From contig NC_045697.1 in assembly GCF_009834535.1 (NCBI RefSeq), forward strand, positions 81,718,001 to 81,782,000: DNA of 64,000 nucleotides. The letters are read 5' to 3'. The notes below the pieces were generated by a model. It was not told where the DNA came from. It did no database searches and saw only the letters and a program-made list of their open reading frames with translations. Positions 52,109 through 64,000 of this stretch are shown here, piece by piece (the stretch's first letter is position 1; every line of letters starts with the position of its first letter). Position numbers and translations under genes: made by a program. This DNA comes from Camelus ferus. Lineage: Eukaryota.

Positions 52109-54404
52109 ATATTTTAACTGTACACATTTCTGTTCAGGCCTGATGGTTTTCAATAGGCAACACCAGTGGGATATCCTTAGCTTCCTTCACTTTCAGCTTA
52201 CATGGTTTGAGCACTGTTCTATCAAATACATTCCTCAACTGAAATTATTTATTTAGCCTACCATGCATCCATATACTGGTGTTCTGTGGTATATCCTGAC
52301 CATTTGGTCCTCTGACAAGACTAGAGAATAGGTTCAGCTTAATAAACTTTCTTTTACTAATATAATCATTTTAAAACCTTCTCTTGTTTTGATCTTTGCA
52401 TTGTCATGCAACTATTTACCCTGGGGCTATGAGTACCAGGATACAACACATGTTATCAAATTCCTCTCCACTTCAAATGTTATTATAAACATAAATGCCT
52501 CTAAACAGTTGGTAAATTAAAAGAACTAATTCTGATGAATACATGGATTGTGGGTTGAAAGACTCTCTAGCTTGCAAGATAGCTCCAACACATGTAGGTA
52601 TGATTTCTTAATATTCCAGTTATTATATATCCTACAATCTCAAGTTAGAATGAAACAATGGGAATGAATCAATGTCCATCTCTGCCTACACTGAAGTATC
52701 TTGTCTATTTACACATAAGGGTGTGGACCTTGTAGTTGAATTTCAATTACTAATGTTGTGATTAGCAGAAAACTTCCCCAGGCATTTTCATTTTATCTCC
52801 ACTTGATTTTTCTTCCAAGTTCATGGATTGGATTTTCCTTTATTATATGTCATCATGGTTATTATAAAGGTAAATTGACAGAAGATGCATTAGGCATCGT
52901 ATTAAATTGGAATTTTTCCATTTATTGTTGAACTTGTATTTATATGTATAATATATATGTATATATATAGTTCATGAGAATGTTTAAATTTAATCACTAC
53001 TTTCAAATCTGTTATTTTACTTTTCTGTATATAATAAGTTTAAAAAGTTCAATTTTTGTTATATCCACTCTCTCAAATCTATTTAAATTGTTTATATATC
53101 AAATTATGATCACATTATTATTAATTACCCTATATGTTTCATTTTATTTACTGATTTATGTAATTTAATTTTATAAAAAAAGACCATAAAAGCTTGGATT
53201 TGTTTAAAAAGCAGCATTCCAGATAGAGCAAATTAACTGGGATTATGTTTTCTGAACTTCTCTACTGGGTGGTAATAAGAAAAGTTTCCATTAATAATAG
53301 TAAGGAATTATCTAACACATTTCTTATCAACATGTATATTAATAAACTAAATCATTAACTTGGGATAAATACTAATGCATATTTTTTAATAATTAGAAGT
53401 TTGATAAATTCAAATGCTTTAAACTAGACTTTAAATGTTAAAACTGAATAAATTTAGTAAAACTTTACAGCATTTTGAAGTTATCATTTGGGCAAGATCA
53501 TACTGTTATCCATCTGAAACCTGATTCAAATTGTGGGTATCAGAGTGGCATTGTTTATTTTATACTAGGTGTACAAAACAGTAGATTGTGAAGTTGAGAG
53601 TAAATATAAGCTAAATCAAGAATTAAAAATACACCTTTGTGAGGAAGGGTAATTTTTTCTTAATAAGTGGTGCTGAAGTTGTTATATATTTTCATAGACA
53701 TGGAAAATATTACTCATATGGAGTGGAGTTTTGAGTGGAGGAAGAACTATGGATTCTTTAAAATAAAAACCAATGTTGCAATGCACAGTTTTTTTTTTTT
53801 CCATTTTCATTTTTTACTTAGAACTTTTAATACATTATTTCCTCTAATTTCTCACTCATTACTGCTTTAGTAGCCTAAAAAATTATTGTGATCATGTACT
53901 GTTCTTGTCTTGAGTATATTATGGTCTTTTTCCCCAATAGCTACATTATTTAAATATTCGTTGGCAGCTTGAACAGGAAAGGACAGCCAAAAAAGGAAGC
54001 AGATATCATTGTTATTCACTTCTATGACTCTTTTTGATAACCAAATATTTTTAGTAATCAAATTATTTGCTGTTAATAGTATTGGATTAATCACTATCTC
54101 TGATTTTTAAAAAATAGTGTGCATCACTAAATCCAATACCCTTTGGGACTGAAAATATAGTTAGCTCCACGTAATTGTCTTTCAGGGCATGTCTTCAGTT
54201 ATAAGGAGACCAGAAACCACTCAGGTATATCTCTACTTTCAATTTCACTGATATTATCTCTCTTTCTATTTGTCTTAACCTTAACTTGGAGAGTTATGAG
54301 GTGGTCTTTCTGAATTCTTTGTAATTTTCCTATTAAGAAATATCGACTATATTTTAAACTCTACTGTCTCTGGAAATTAAATGCCAAGTTTTATTTTCAT
54401 ACAG

Positions 54405-54439
54405 TTCACACTGAATCTGAAAAACTCTAATACATTAAG
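54405..54439 (+). other. Candidate micro-exon (35 nt)
   Basis: Acceptor ttttattttcatacag and near-consensus donor AAG|gtgagt; open frame FTLNLKNSNTL. Confidence 0.25.
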
Positions 54440-54529
54440 GTGAGTAAAAATTTAAATTCATGCCAGATTCCTAATCTTACATTCTTCTAGAGAAAATTGT
54501 AGCATTTAAAAAGCTCAAAAATGTCTATC

Positions 54530-56230
54530 ATAAAAGAAAATTTTTTTTTCAAGAATGACAGAACAGAGAAATACATAACATATGCACAAAGAGGGATAGA
54601 GATTACTACAGATGCATTAGAGATGGAAGAGATAGTGGGAGAATATTATCAATGACTACATGCCAACAATTTTTAAGCCAAAATTTAAATGGGAAAATGC
54701 CTAGAAAATACGTCAACAAAACTTATTCAAGATTAAATAAAAAGGCTTGAACTGTCCTAAAAGTATTTAATAAATATAAGCAGTAGTTAAATGGCTGCAC
54801 AGAAAGAAAATAACAGATTCAGAGAATTTCACATGAGAAATCCACCTAACTTCAAGAAATGCTCATATTAATTTTATATTATATTTTTGGAAAAAAAATG
54901 AAAAGACTCTTTGCAACTCAGTCAATGAGATAAGCTTAACCTAGTTAAAAAACCAGGCAAAGCATCATGGGCCAATTTCTTACATGTATCAAGTTGCAAA
55001 ATTGTAAAAGAAAAAAAAAAGATACAGTAAAACCAACAGTGATTTTAAAGATAACACACAATCACCAAATTTTTAAACTCTACTTTACAAGTATGGTGTA
55101 CTATTTTAAAATCCGTAACTGTCATTCACCACATTAATACATCAGAGTAATTAGTCTTAAACTGGAAAAGATTAGAAATGTTCCCTTTAAAATCATGAAT
55201 AACATAAAGCTGCCCTCTAATATCACTTCTATTCAACATTGATATTGAACTAGTCAGTTCAATAAAGCAAGAAAAAGTAGTTAAGTTAGAGGTTTGGAAA
55301 AGAGTAAACAAAATTTATTACTTCCATATACTATTATTATTCAATAATTAAACCCCAAAGAATCTAGAGATACTTTAAAACTAACAGTAGTGTTTAGCAA
55401 ATCAGTTGGATATACAAACAATATACAATGTCAGTTGCATTTTTTACATTTACAGTAAATAAATAACCTACTTGTATATTGCATACTATTTACTGCAGTA
55501 TTTGAGTATATAATTTCATGGAAATTTATCTAATAAAAATGTGACCATGTCCACTAGAAAAATTATCAAAGATTATTGGGATTAAAAATAAAACTTAAAT
55601 AAATTATATATATTTATACACACACACATATATAATGATATAATATTATTAATATATATTCTGTAGTATTACTATGTATTAATATATTAATATTGTATAT
55701 GTCTTTATGTAATATCCATAGGTAGGAAAGCAATATCACACAAACATGTCAATTCTTCCCAAATAAAACTGCAGATCAAATAATATTACAATAAAAGTTT
55801 CAATAAGGTTTTTCTGGAGCTGGAAGTCATGGTTTTAAATTTTATGTGACAGAGTTAAGGAACAAAAAAATATCAAAAGGACCTTAAGAAGATGATCAAG
55901 GAGGATAACTTGTCCTATCAGAATACATACCTTAACAAGATGCATTAATAGTTAAGATACTGGGTTATAAGTATATAAATATCAAGTCAGACAAAGAAAT
56001 AAATCAGAAATCTAAGGGACACAAACACACGTGTGAAATTTTAGTCCATGAAAAGATATTTCATTTCATACCATTTCTTATATTGCATACAAGAAAAAGT
56101 GGTTATTAATAGAGTTGGAAATGTGTTATCAATATGAAATAAGATGAAGTTGGGTTTCTATATCATATTATATACTTTACCCAAGACAGACTAAAGTTAT
56201 TCATATGAAAAACAATATTTTAGCATTCCT
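54530..56230 (+). mobile_element. Old L1ME-like ORF2 remnant
   Basis: gattactacagatgcattagag...aatattatcaatgactacatgccaacaa...ttctattcaacattgatattgaac...atgtcaattcttcccaaat; heavily decayed. Confidence 0.75.
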
Positions 56231-56329
56231 AGTGAAAATACATGTTACACCTTCTAAACTCCATACTTCTTCAAATCTTACAAATTTCTATAGTTTGCTT
56301 CATTCAGAAACATAGTATTACAAACATAG

Positions 56330-57250
56330 TTCTCTCTTGATTAGAGGCAATAAACCCAGCTTTTTGTTTCAGATATTGAATAATGTTCTCTTCCTTCAAC
56401 AGGGCAAGGGAGTAGAAGGTATGTACAAGGTATTGTGCTGTTTAAACTGACCAAGGAAGAGTGAGAAGATTCAAGAAGGTGAAGAACAATGCTAAAGAGA
56501 TAGGATCAATAGGTTAGAGATACTACGTGAGAGAACAATTTTTGGAGTCAGATTTCAAAAGAGAGTGAGTTGAAAATATAGTGTTTTCCAGGTTGACACA
56601 CATGAACTTAAGGCTACAGTAAATTTTCAGGCTTTGTATGCACTCCGGGAGCAAACGCTGAGGTAAGGAAAAGAACTGGTCATCAGAGGAGAGGAATTCA
56701 AAGAAATGAGTGTCAAGAATGCCAGAAGAATTATTTATGTGTAGAGTGAAGTTGCCAATAATTGAGACAGAAGAGTATCAGGATGAATACACTCAGCCAA
56801 GGACTAAAGACATTGAAAAATAAGGGGAATATCCCGGTGGGTAGTACCTGATAGCAACAATAATAGGTATCACATGTAATATAATCCGACAATGTGAGAT
56901 TCAAAACTAAAAGCACCTACCTAACCATTGAGGATTATGAGAAAGATTACTTGGAAAGTGACCATGAGAAGCAAGGTGACCCCTTAACTACATCCAAGTT
57001 CAATGGTACAAGAATCAAGGGGGGAAATGGAACAAAAATTAAAGGGATTCATGGGAAGTGTTTTTAGGGAAGCAATAGATTTCCAGAGTAAGAACTATAA
57101 GGAAATACTCAGAGAAGTGGTGGAAAACATTATGAATCTAGTAATGAATGGTGAAGGTTTCAGGAGTTGAATGTTGGGAGAATGGGAAACCATAGAGTAT
57201 GTATGGAAATTACAGAGCTAAAGTATGGGAAATGAGGTTGGAGTTGGTGG
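56330..57250 (-). mobile_element. L2 internal fragment
   Basis: ggtcatcagaggagaggaattcaaagaaatgag...tgaagttgccaata...gccaaggactaaagacattgaaaaat. Confidence 0.55.
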
Positions 57251-59560
57251 TCTTCTGAAATAATCAGATAAAAGATACCATTAAACTATATTACAGTTCA
57301 GAGTTTGTGAATGCCAGTCATTTTGGTGCTTATTAAAGGAGAAAGGAGTAGGTCTGGGACTTCCCCTTCATCCTTACAATGAGAGTACAAAACTTTAGTT
57401 TTTCTTTAAGTGTTAGGTTCCCTCTTGTTTCTTCTTGAGGGTAGGGCAAATTTACTCTGTGCTTATTTATTTTTTTGACCCTGTTGATGGAACTGAGTCA
57501 TCAACAAGCAATAAATCTTACCTTGAGCAACAAGAAACCAATTATACCCCCTCTATTATCTTTCTTCAAAGTCCTCATTGTGCTTTCTATAGTACATCAA
57601 TAATATTTTAAAATTAAAATATAAAACACTATTATTTTAGAAACTGACATCACTGGAGACTTAGATATACATTTATAGAGCTCATTAAATTTTGTGAGTT
57701 CATTTCTTCAAAGTTTTTATTTTGTATATTCAATAGTCTATCTTTTGAATAAGATACACAATATACAAATACATACTCACAAACTCACATTCTATGTACA
57801 TATTTTTTATTTTCTTGAAGTATGTAGTCCATGTTTTAGCAGACTATTGAATTTTGTATATCATCTTATGTCTCAGCAATATGAAAATGTCTTATTCTAG
57901 ACAGTTCTGTTAATTTTATTGTTGATTATTAACAAATAATTTTACATGTCTTATTACACTGAACAGAATAGTGCTGCTTAACACTTATGATATCTTCATA
58001 TTTTTCTGTTTATCAGAAGCGAGAAAAATAATTCACCTGATCAAATGTCAGAATCTGTACTGATTTTCTCTACTAAGGAGCCCACACCTAGTATAGCAGA
58101 TGGAATTGGATTTATCACCTAAAAAAGCTTATCCCATGTCACTCCCAAACCTATCAGTTTTTGCTTTTCTTAAACTTGAGAATTGAAGGGACCTCTGATT
58201 GAAATGGAAACCTTTGCCATCTATAATGGTATTCTGGCAGAAATAAACATTGCAGCCCTCTGGAACATATTGTATTGATATTGATTTGCTACTTTTGTTG
58301 GGTACCAGTATTTTCCACTTGATAGTTCTTACCATAATAGCCTTTCGTTCATGAGACAGAAACCTATTATGAGTTTTTTTTACTAGTTGCTGAGCTTTCA
58401 ATTCATATTAAATTTTCAAGAAATGGGGCCATAATGACTGACTGTATTTGCAGACTTGCCCCCACCCCCACCAGGGGACACTGTGAAGTGAGATTTGTTC
58501 AAGGAGCACGCTCTCTTTTTCATTGGCTCTCTGTCTGTCTGTTACTTCTCTTTCCCTTTAATCCCCTCCTTTTTGATTACTGTTAAAGAACAGGTAATAA
58601 TACAGAAAAAATCATGCAGTTGAAAACAAAAAATTGTATAATATACCCTTGTTGAGTTTAGGAAAGATGATTCCACAGAGGTGAAACAACAAGAGAAAAA
58701 AAAAATCTTAGGATAGTACAGAGAACTGGGAAGGATTTAAAACTGGATGAAGTATACACAGAATGTGTTTTCACAACTTCTTCCTATTTTGATAATCTGA
58801 AGAGGATTAAAGGAAAACAAAGAATTAGACAAATTAGACAGAGGATAGGAGTAATATCCTCTGCTGCAACCCTCCCTGAGTGATTCTGGAAAGCGGGGAA
58901 TGCATGCAAAGGAATTTCCTTACAGGTTCAGAGAAAATTAGGTACTTTTATCCAGTTCTCTTGAGTTTGACAAAAGTTAAAACAATAGTTACATCCAGTA
59001 TTTCTGACAAATATAGGAAAGCCAAAAAAGACATGTCCAGGTAACATAATTTAACCACTTCCACGAGAGTGACAAAATAGAAATTTTGGTTTTTCATTGG
59101 TCTAACAAAGTCAAAGAAAATAAAGTACTGTTGAGTATGCCTCAATTTGACAATACCCAGAGTCCATTTCCATGGAAATTATAGCACATCATTTCCACAG
59201 CTAGGATTGGGGTGAAAGAATGGAATTACTTTTGTAGCCAAGTAACTTCATGGAGAGAGCTGACTGGATAAAGACCTGAAAGTTGAACAGCTGATCAAAC
59301 GTATGTTTACATTTTTAAGGAACTATGAAACCACTTTCCGAGGTTGTTTACCATTTACATTTCCAACAACAGAGAGGTATAGTTTCTCCACATTCTTACC
59401 AATTCTTGGCAAGGTCAGCCTTTTTAAATTTTAGGCATTCTAACGGGTGAGCAATGATATTCCATTGTGTAGTTTTCATTTCCCTACACACTAATACTGA
59501 TTATCCCGTTATTTTTATTTGCCAGCCTTGTAGCATTCCTTCTTTGGTAGAATGTCTAAG

Positions 59561-59614
59561 TATTGAGTTTTGATAGTTCTTCATATATTGAGTTTTGATA
59601 GTTCTTCATATATT
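59561..59614. repeat. Perfect 25-bp tandem duplication
   Basis: TATTGAGTTTTGATAGTTCTTCATA twice, then TATT. Confidence 0.95.
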
Positions 59615-59939
59615 CTAGATACAAGTCCTTTATCAGATATATGGCATGTGATAATTTCTCCCACTCAGTTTTTACTTTTTATTTATTTAACAGTTTTTGA
59701 AGAGCAGATTTTTGTAAGAAAAACTGATTTCCTAATTACCAGTTTGTTCTTTTATAGATTGTGATTTTAGAGTCATATCTAAGAAGTAATGGCCTAACTC
59801 AAGATCACAAAGATTTTTTTCCTGAGTTCCTTTAATAAGATTTTTGGTTTTATGTTTTAAATTTAATATTATGATTCACTTTGAGTTAACTTTTATTTGA
59901 TGCAAAAATATGAAGCGAAGTTTATTTTTTTTTTTAAAG

Positions 59940-60310
59940 ATGTCGACCCACATTCACCCATGACATGATTATTTCATCTTTCTGCATGATCTGGTGCCTT
60001 CAAGTGCTGGCACTTCCAGATAGTTAAAGAATATCTGAATTTGTATAAGACATTCCAGAATAGTAAAGATTACAAGTCCCCTTTCCTGGAGATATTCCAG
60101 AGAAGAGGCAAATAAAAAGATATAAAGATATTTTTCTTCCCTCTTCAGATAAGATTTGCTAACATTCCAAATCTCCCCTCTCCCCTCTCTTCTCTCAGGA
60201 TGGAAACTCAGGGAAGAGATACAAGATATTGCTCTGGCTGCTGTTTTTTTCCCCCAGTGAGTAATAAACAATCTCTGTCCCTTACCAAGAATCATGTGCT
60301 TCCTGTTAAT
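59940..60310 (+). mobile_element. ERV1-type LTR fragment within L1 (subfamily uncertain)
   Basis: Non-L1 insert ending gagtaataaacaatctctgtcccttaccaagaatcatgtgcttcctg, resembling an LTR poly(A)/U5 region. Confidence 0.5.
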
Positions 60311-61820
60311 CTATGCGTATGTTTTCAGTGTATAGATCTTATTATGTATCTTTTGCCAAGTTATACGTGAACAAAGGTTTATATATCATATTTTGAAGCT
60401 CTTGCAAAAGGTATTTTTTCTTCAGTTTATGTTTGTATTTGGAATTGATCAATACAATTGATTTCTGTATAACGATCTCATATCCTACAATCTGGCCAAA
60501 CTTACTACTTCTATTTGCTTTTTAGGAAATTGTTACAGATGTTCTACATAGACTATTATAGCATCAGCAAATTAAGAAAACTTTACTTCTTTCTTTGGAA
60601 CTTGGCTGTTGGTTATCTAGTTCTCTTACCTACTACCTGATTAGAATTCAAATGTGTAATAGAACTGATGAGAATAAATATCCTTGCTACCTTCCTGAAC
60701 TTAGGGAGAAAGCTTTCATTCTTCAACATTAAATATCTGGTTAACTGTACATTTTTCACAATGCCCTATTTTTATTTCAGTATATTTCCTTCTATTCCTA
60801 GCTTGCTTGAAAGTTTTTATCAGGAATATATGCTGTATTTTGCCAAGTATTTTCCTGTGTCTATTGGTATTATCATACCACCTTTCTTTTTAATTATTTT
60901 AAATGGTGAACTGCATGCATTGATTTCAAAACATTAACCATATCTCACATTCTCTGGGTAAACCTCATTTGCTTATGATGTATTATCTTTTTAATATATT
61001 GCTGGATTTGATTTACTTAATTTTCTTCTAGAATTCTCACCTCAAAGTTCATATAGAAATTTGTTCTGTAGTTTTGTTTTTATCAGAGTGATGCTGATTT
61101 GTGAAATGAGTCTGGAAATATTTCTTCTTCTTTAATTTTCTGCAAGAGTTCGTACAAAATTGGTATTATTTCTCCTCAAAATGGTTGGTAAAATTCACTA
61201 CCAGGGCCTAAAGAGCTCTTTAAAGAAGACTTTCAGTAAAAATTAATATTGCAATAGACATAAGGCCATGAAGGTTATCTGTCTCTTCTAGAATGAGATT
61301 TTGTAATTTATATCTTTTCATAAATGTATCCATTTCATCTAATTTGGCATAAAATATCTTTTGCATAACTAGGCACAATATACCTCATTATCCTTTTAAT
61401 ATATCTAGAATCTGCAAAGACATGATCTTTCTCATTCCTGATTGGTTTTATATGTCTCATGTTTTTTTTTCCCTGATCAGTTTGGCTAAAGGTTTATCAC
61501 TTGTATTTTTTTCCAAAAGAATCAGCTTTTGATTTTATCAATTTTATCTATTGATCATTTTCTGGTTTCCATTTTATTGACTGCAATCTGTGGAAATGGA
61601 GGAAAATGAGGTAATGGCTTTGAAACTTTTGTTCTTTAATACTGTAGGCATTCAGTGTTATAAAATGTCATTTAGCTACTGCTTTAATAGCATCTCCAAA
61701 ATTTTGATAGATTGTTTTCACTTTTATTCTGTTCAAAATATATTGTAATCTTCATTTGATTTCTTCTTTTACCGATGGATTATTTAGAAGTGTGTTATTT
61801 AGTTTCCAGCATTTGGAAAC

Positions 61821-62272
61821 AGTGATAGTTATTCTCATATGTTAATTTGACTGGGACACAGAGTGCAAACATTATTTCTGAGTGTGTCTGTGAGGGTGTC
61901 TCTGGATGAGATTAGAATTTGAACTGGTAGATTGAGCAGAGGAGACTGCCCTTCCCAAATTATGTGGGCATCATTTAATTCACTGAGGGCCTGGATAGAG
62001 GAAAAAAAAGGAGAATCTTCTCTTTGCATTACTTCTTCTGTCCTCAGACTTGCATCCTTGCGTCTCTTGGTTCTCAGGCATTTGGACTCAGACTAGAACT
62101 ATGTCACCAGCTCCTCTGAGTCTTAAGCAGATGACAGTCTGTGAGACTTCCTAGCCTCTATAAATGATGTCAGCGCACTACTCATAGTAAGTCTTATAAT
62201 AAACCTCATAATAATTCATTCTCTCTCTCTCTCTCCCCCCAACTGGTTCTTTCTCTGGAGAACCCTAATACA
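61821..62272 (+). mobile_element. MLT2 (ERVL) solo LTR inserted in L1
   Basis: gtgatagttattctcatatgttaatttgactggg...aaacattatttctgagtgtgtctgtgagggtgt...ggttctttctctggagaaccctaataca. Confidence 0.88.
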
Positions 62273-63789
62273 GGAATTTTTCAGCTATTTCTTTTCAAAC
62301 TTACTGAGACTTATTTTATGATATGATCTTAAAAAGTGTTTGAGGTTCATTTCAAAAATGTGCTTTCCACTATTATTGGGTAAATTTTTCTATAAATAAT
62401 ATTTAGGTCAAGTTGGTTGGTAGTGTTGTTCTATATTCTTATCAATGTTATGTTTACTTCATCTCAGTTATTGGGAAAAGTTATTAAAATATTGGTCAAA
62501 AATTGTGGATTTGTCTATTTTTCCTTGGAGTTTCATAATATTTTGTTTCTTGTATGATTTAACTGTTAGAAGATGCATAAATACTTGATAGTGTTATATT
62601 TTCTGAATAAATTTACATTTTTATCATTACGATATATATAAGTCCTAAGCCCTGGTTATATAATTTGTTCTGCAATCCAGTTTGTCTAATTGATTGAGCC
62701 AATCCAGCTTTATCTTGAGTAATGTCTGTCAGCATCATTTAATATTTTTCTGTGCCAACATTGAGTTTAGTCTCTCTCTCTTTTTTTTAATCTAATCTAT
62801 CTCCTCTAATGCTTTCATGTGGCTCTTTATTCAGCCTCAATTACTTTCCTCCATGCATGCACTGATCAATATGCTCTATAAAGTAATTAAGAAGGATCCT
62901 CTGGAATTCTCCCCCTGGTAGTTCTTTCCCCTCCAGTACCATTTATGAATGATCTAGCCATCTTGATCTCCCTAGACTTTTACCTCCAGCTCCTCTACTC
63001 AGGGAGACCATTGGGCTAATATGGGTTCTCTTTGCTGTACCACAGTCTGGAAATACTCTCATGTCTGTAATATGAGGTAACCACTAGGCTCACTTCATTT
63101 CTTTCCTATTTTTTAGAGATGGTTGTACTGTTTTGCTTGATGCCCATTGTCTCTAAATTTTGTTTCATTTAATTTTTCTGACTTTAAGTTGTTTCAGGTG
63201 AGGGTACATTCAGTCCATGTTAGTCCATCTGAGTCAAAAGCAGAGGTATGGTCTTTTGTTCCTCTGTTCTTTCCTCTTTTTCACAGTTAGTATGGCATTT
63301 TAATTATTCTAGTAAGTTTTGAGGGTTTTTTTTTTTAACACTATTTATTGTAGTAAGGAAAAAAATTTATCCTCTATCAAAGTCAACTGAGAATAAGTAT
63401 TTTTCACTACAAATACAAGAAGCTTGATTCAGTACAGTTCTATTTATAGCCATAGGTTATTTTATAGCTGTCATGAAACATACATCTGAAGTATCTATAT
63501 ACTTTATGAACTCCTCAACACAGTGTGGTAATATTTCATTTAAATAAAAAAATACCTTTTAAATAACAGAAGGGAAACATTTTAGCCTTTTGTATGTTAT
63601 TTATCATTTTTGTGTTTTTTATTCTATAGATCTAAGTGTCCATCTTTTGTCATTTTATTTCATCCTGGAAGTTTTGTTTTTGAATTTCATGTTACACTGT
63701 TTTTGGTGATGATTAATTCTCTTATATATCATTGTAAGAAAATCGCATTATTTTGATTCTATTTTGAACATTTGTGTAAATGGAAATGA

Positions 63790-63897
63790 GATATATGTTG
63801 ATATATTTTTTGATATATTTTTCTCTAAGAATTGATATTGTTGATATATTTTTGATATATTGATATATTTTTGTTGAAATATTTTTCTCTAAGAATT
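63790..63897. repeat. TTGATATATTT-based low-complexity array with a 19-bp repeat 64 bp apart
   Basis: Multiple ttgatatattt units; ATATTTTTCTCTAAGAATT at 63815-63833 and 63879-63897. Confidence 0.85.
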
Positions 63898-64000
63898 TTG
63901 ACAGTTCCATTCCACTGTCTTTTGTCTTCCTTTTTTTTTTTCAATGTAAGAGAACTGAGCCATCCTTTGTATCACTGTTACTTTATTTGTAATGTGGTGT

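Larger units (their letters stand above)
59260..63250 (-). mobile_element. Long old L1 (ORF2 to 5' region), antisense, with nested LTRs
   Basis: ccatttacatttccaacaac...ctagatacaagtcctttatcagatat...ttccttctattcctagcttgct...gctggatttgattt...tttaggtcaagttggttggtagtgttgttc. Confidence 0.8.

Noticed and set aside
1..64000. Remaining 60-108 aa ORFs in the track
   Set aside because: Short, rich in F/L/I/K as expected from AT-rich DNA, often overlapping repeats or starting at non-ATG codons, with no recognisable domain.

Overview
AT-rich, CpG-poor mammalian DNA with no CpG island, read as an intergenic region or a very large intron. The species is most likely a camelid: there are two tRNA-Ala-derived Vic-1-type SINEs and a young L1 with camelid-like sequence. 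Most recognisable sequence is transposon-derived: young and old L1, L2, MIR, MaLR/ERVL/ERV1 LTRs and hAT MERs, several nested. I can support no intact host protein-coding gene. The one gene-derived sequence is an intronless TUBAL3-like alpha-tubulin retrocopy (7637-8037). It keeps the ATG end, loses homology where the last intron of alpha-tubulin genes is expected, and sits in a 200-codon chimeric ORF. Other points of interest: two L1 3' ends stacked in the same register, a complete solo ERV1-type LTR with a TSD, an unexplained 61-bp dispersed duplication, and a few candidate + strand exons. I found no convincing novel multi-gene system. Repeat subfamily names come from remembered consensus motifs, and the boundaries of old repeats are approximate.
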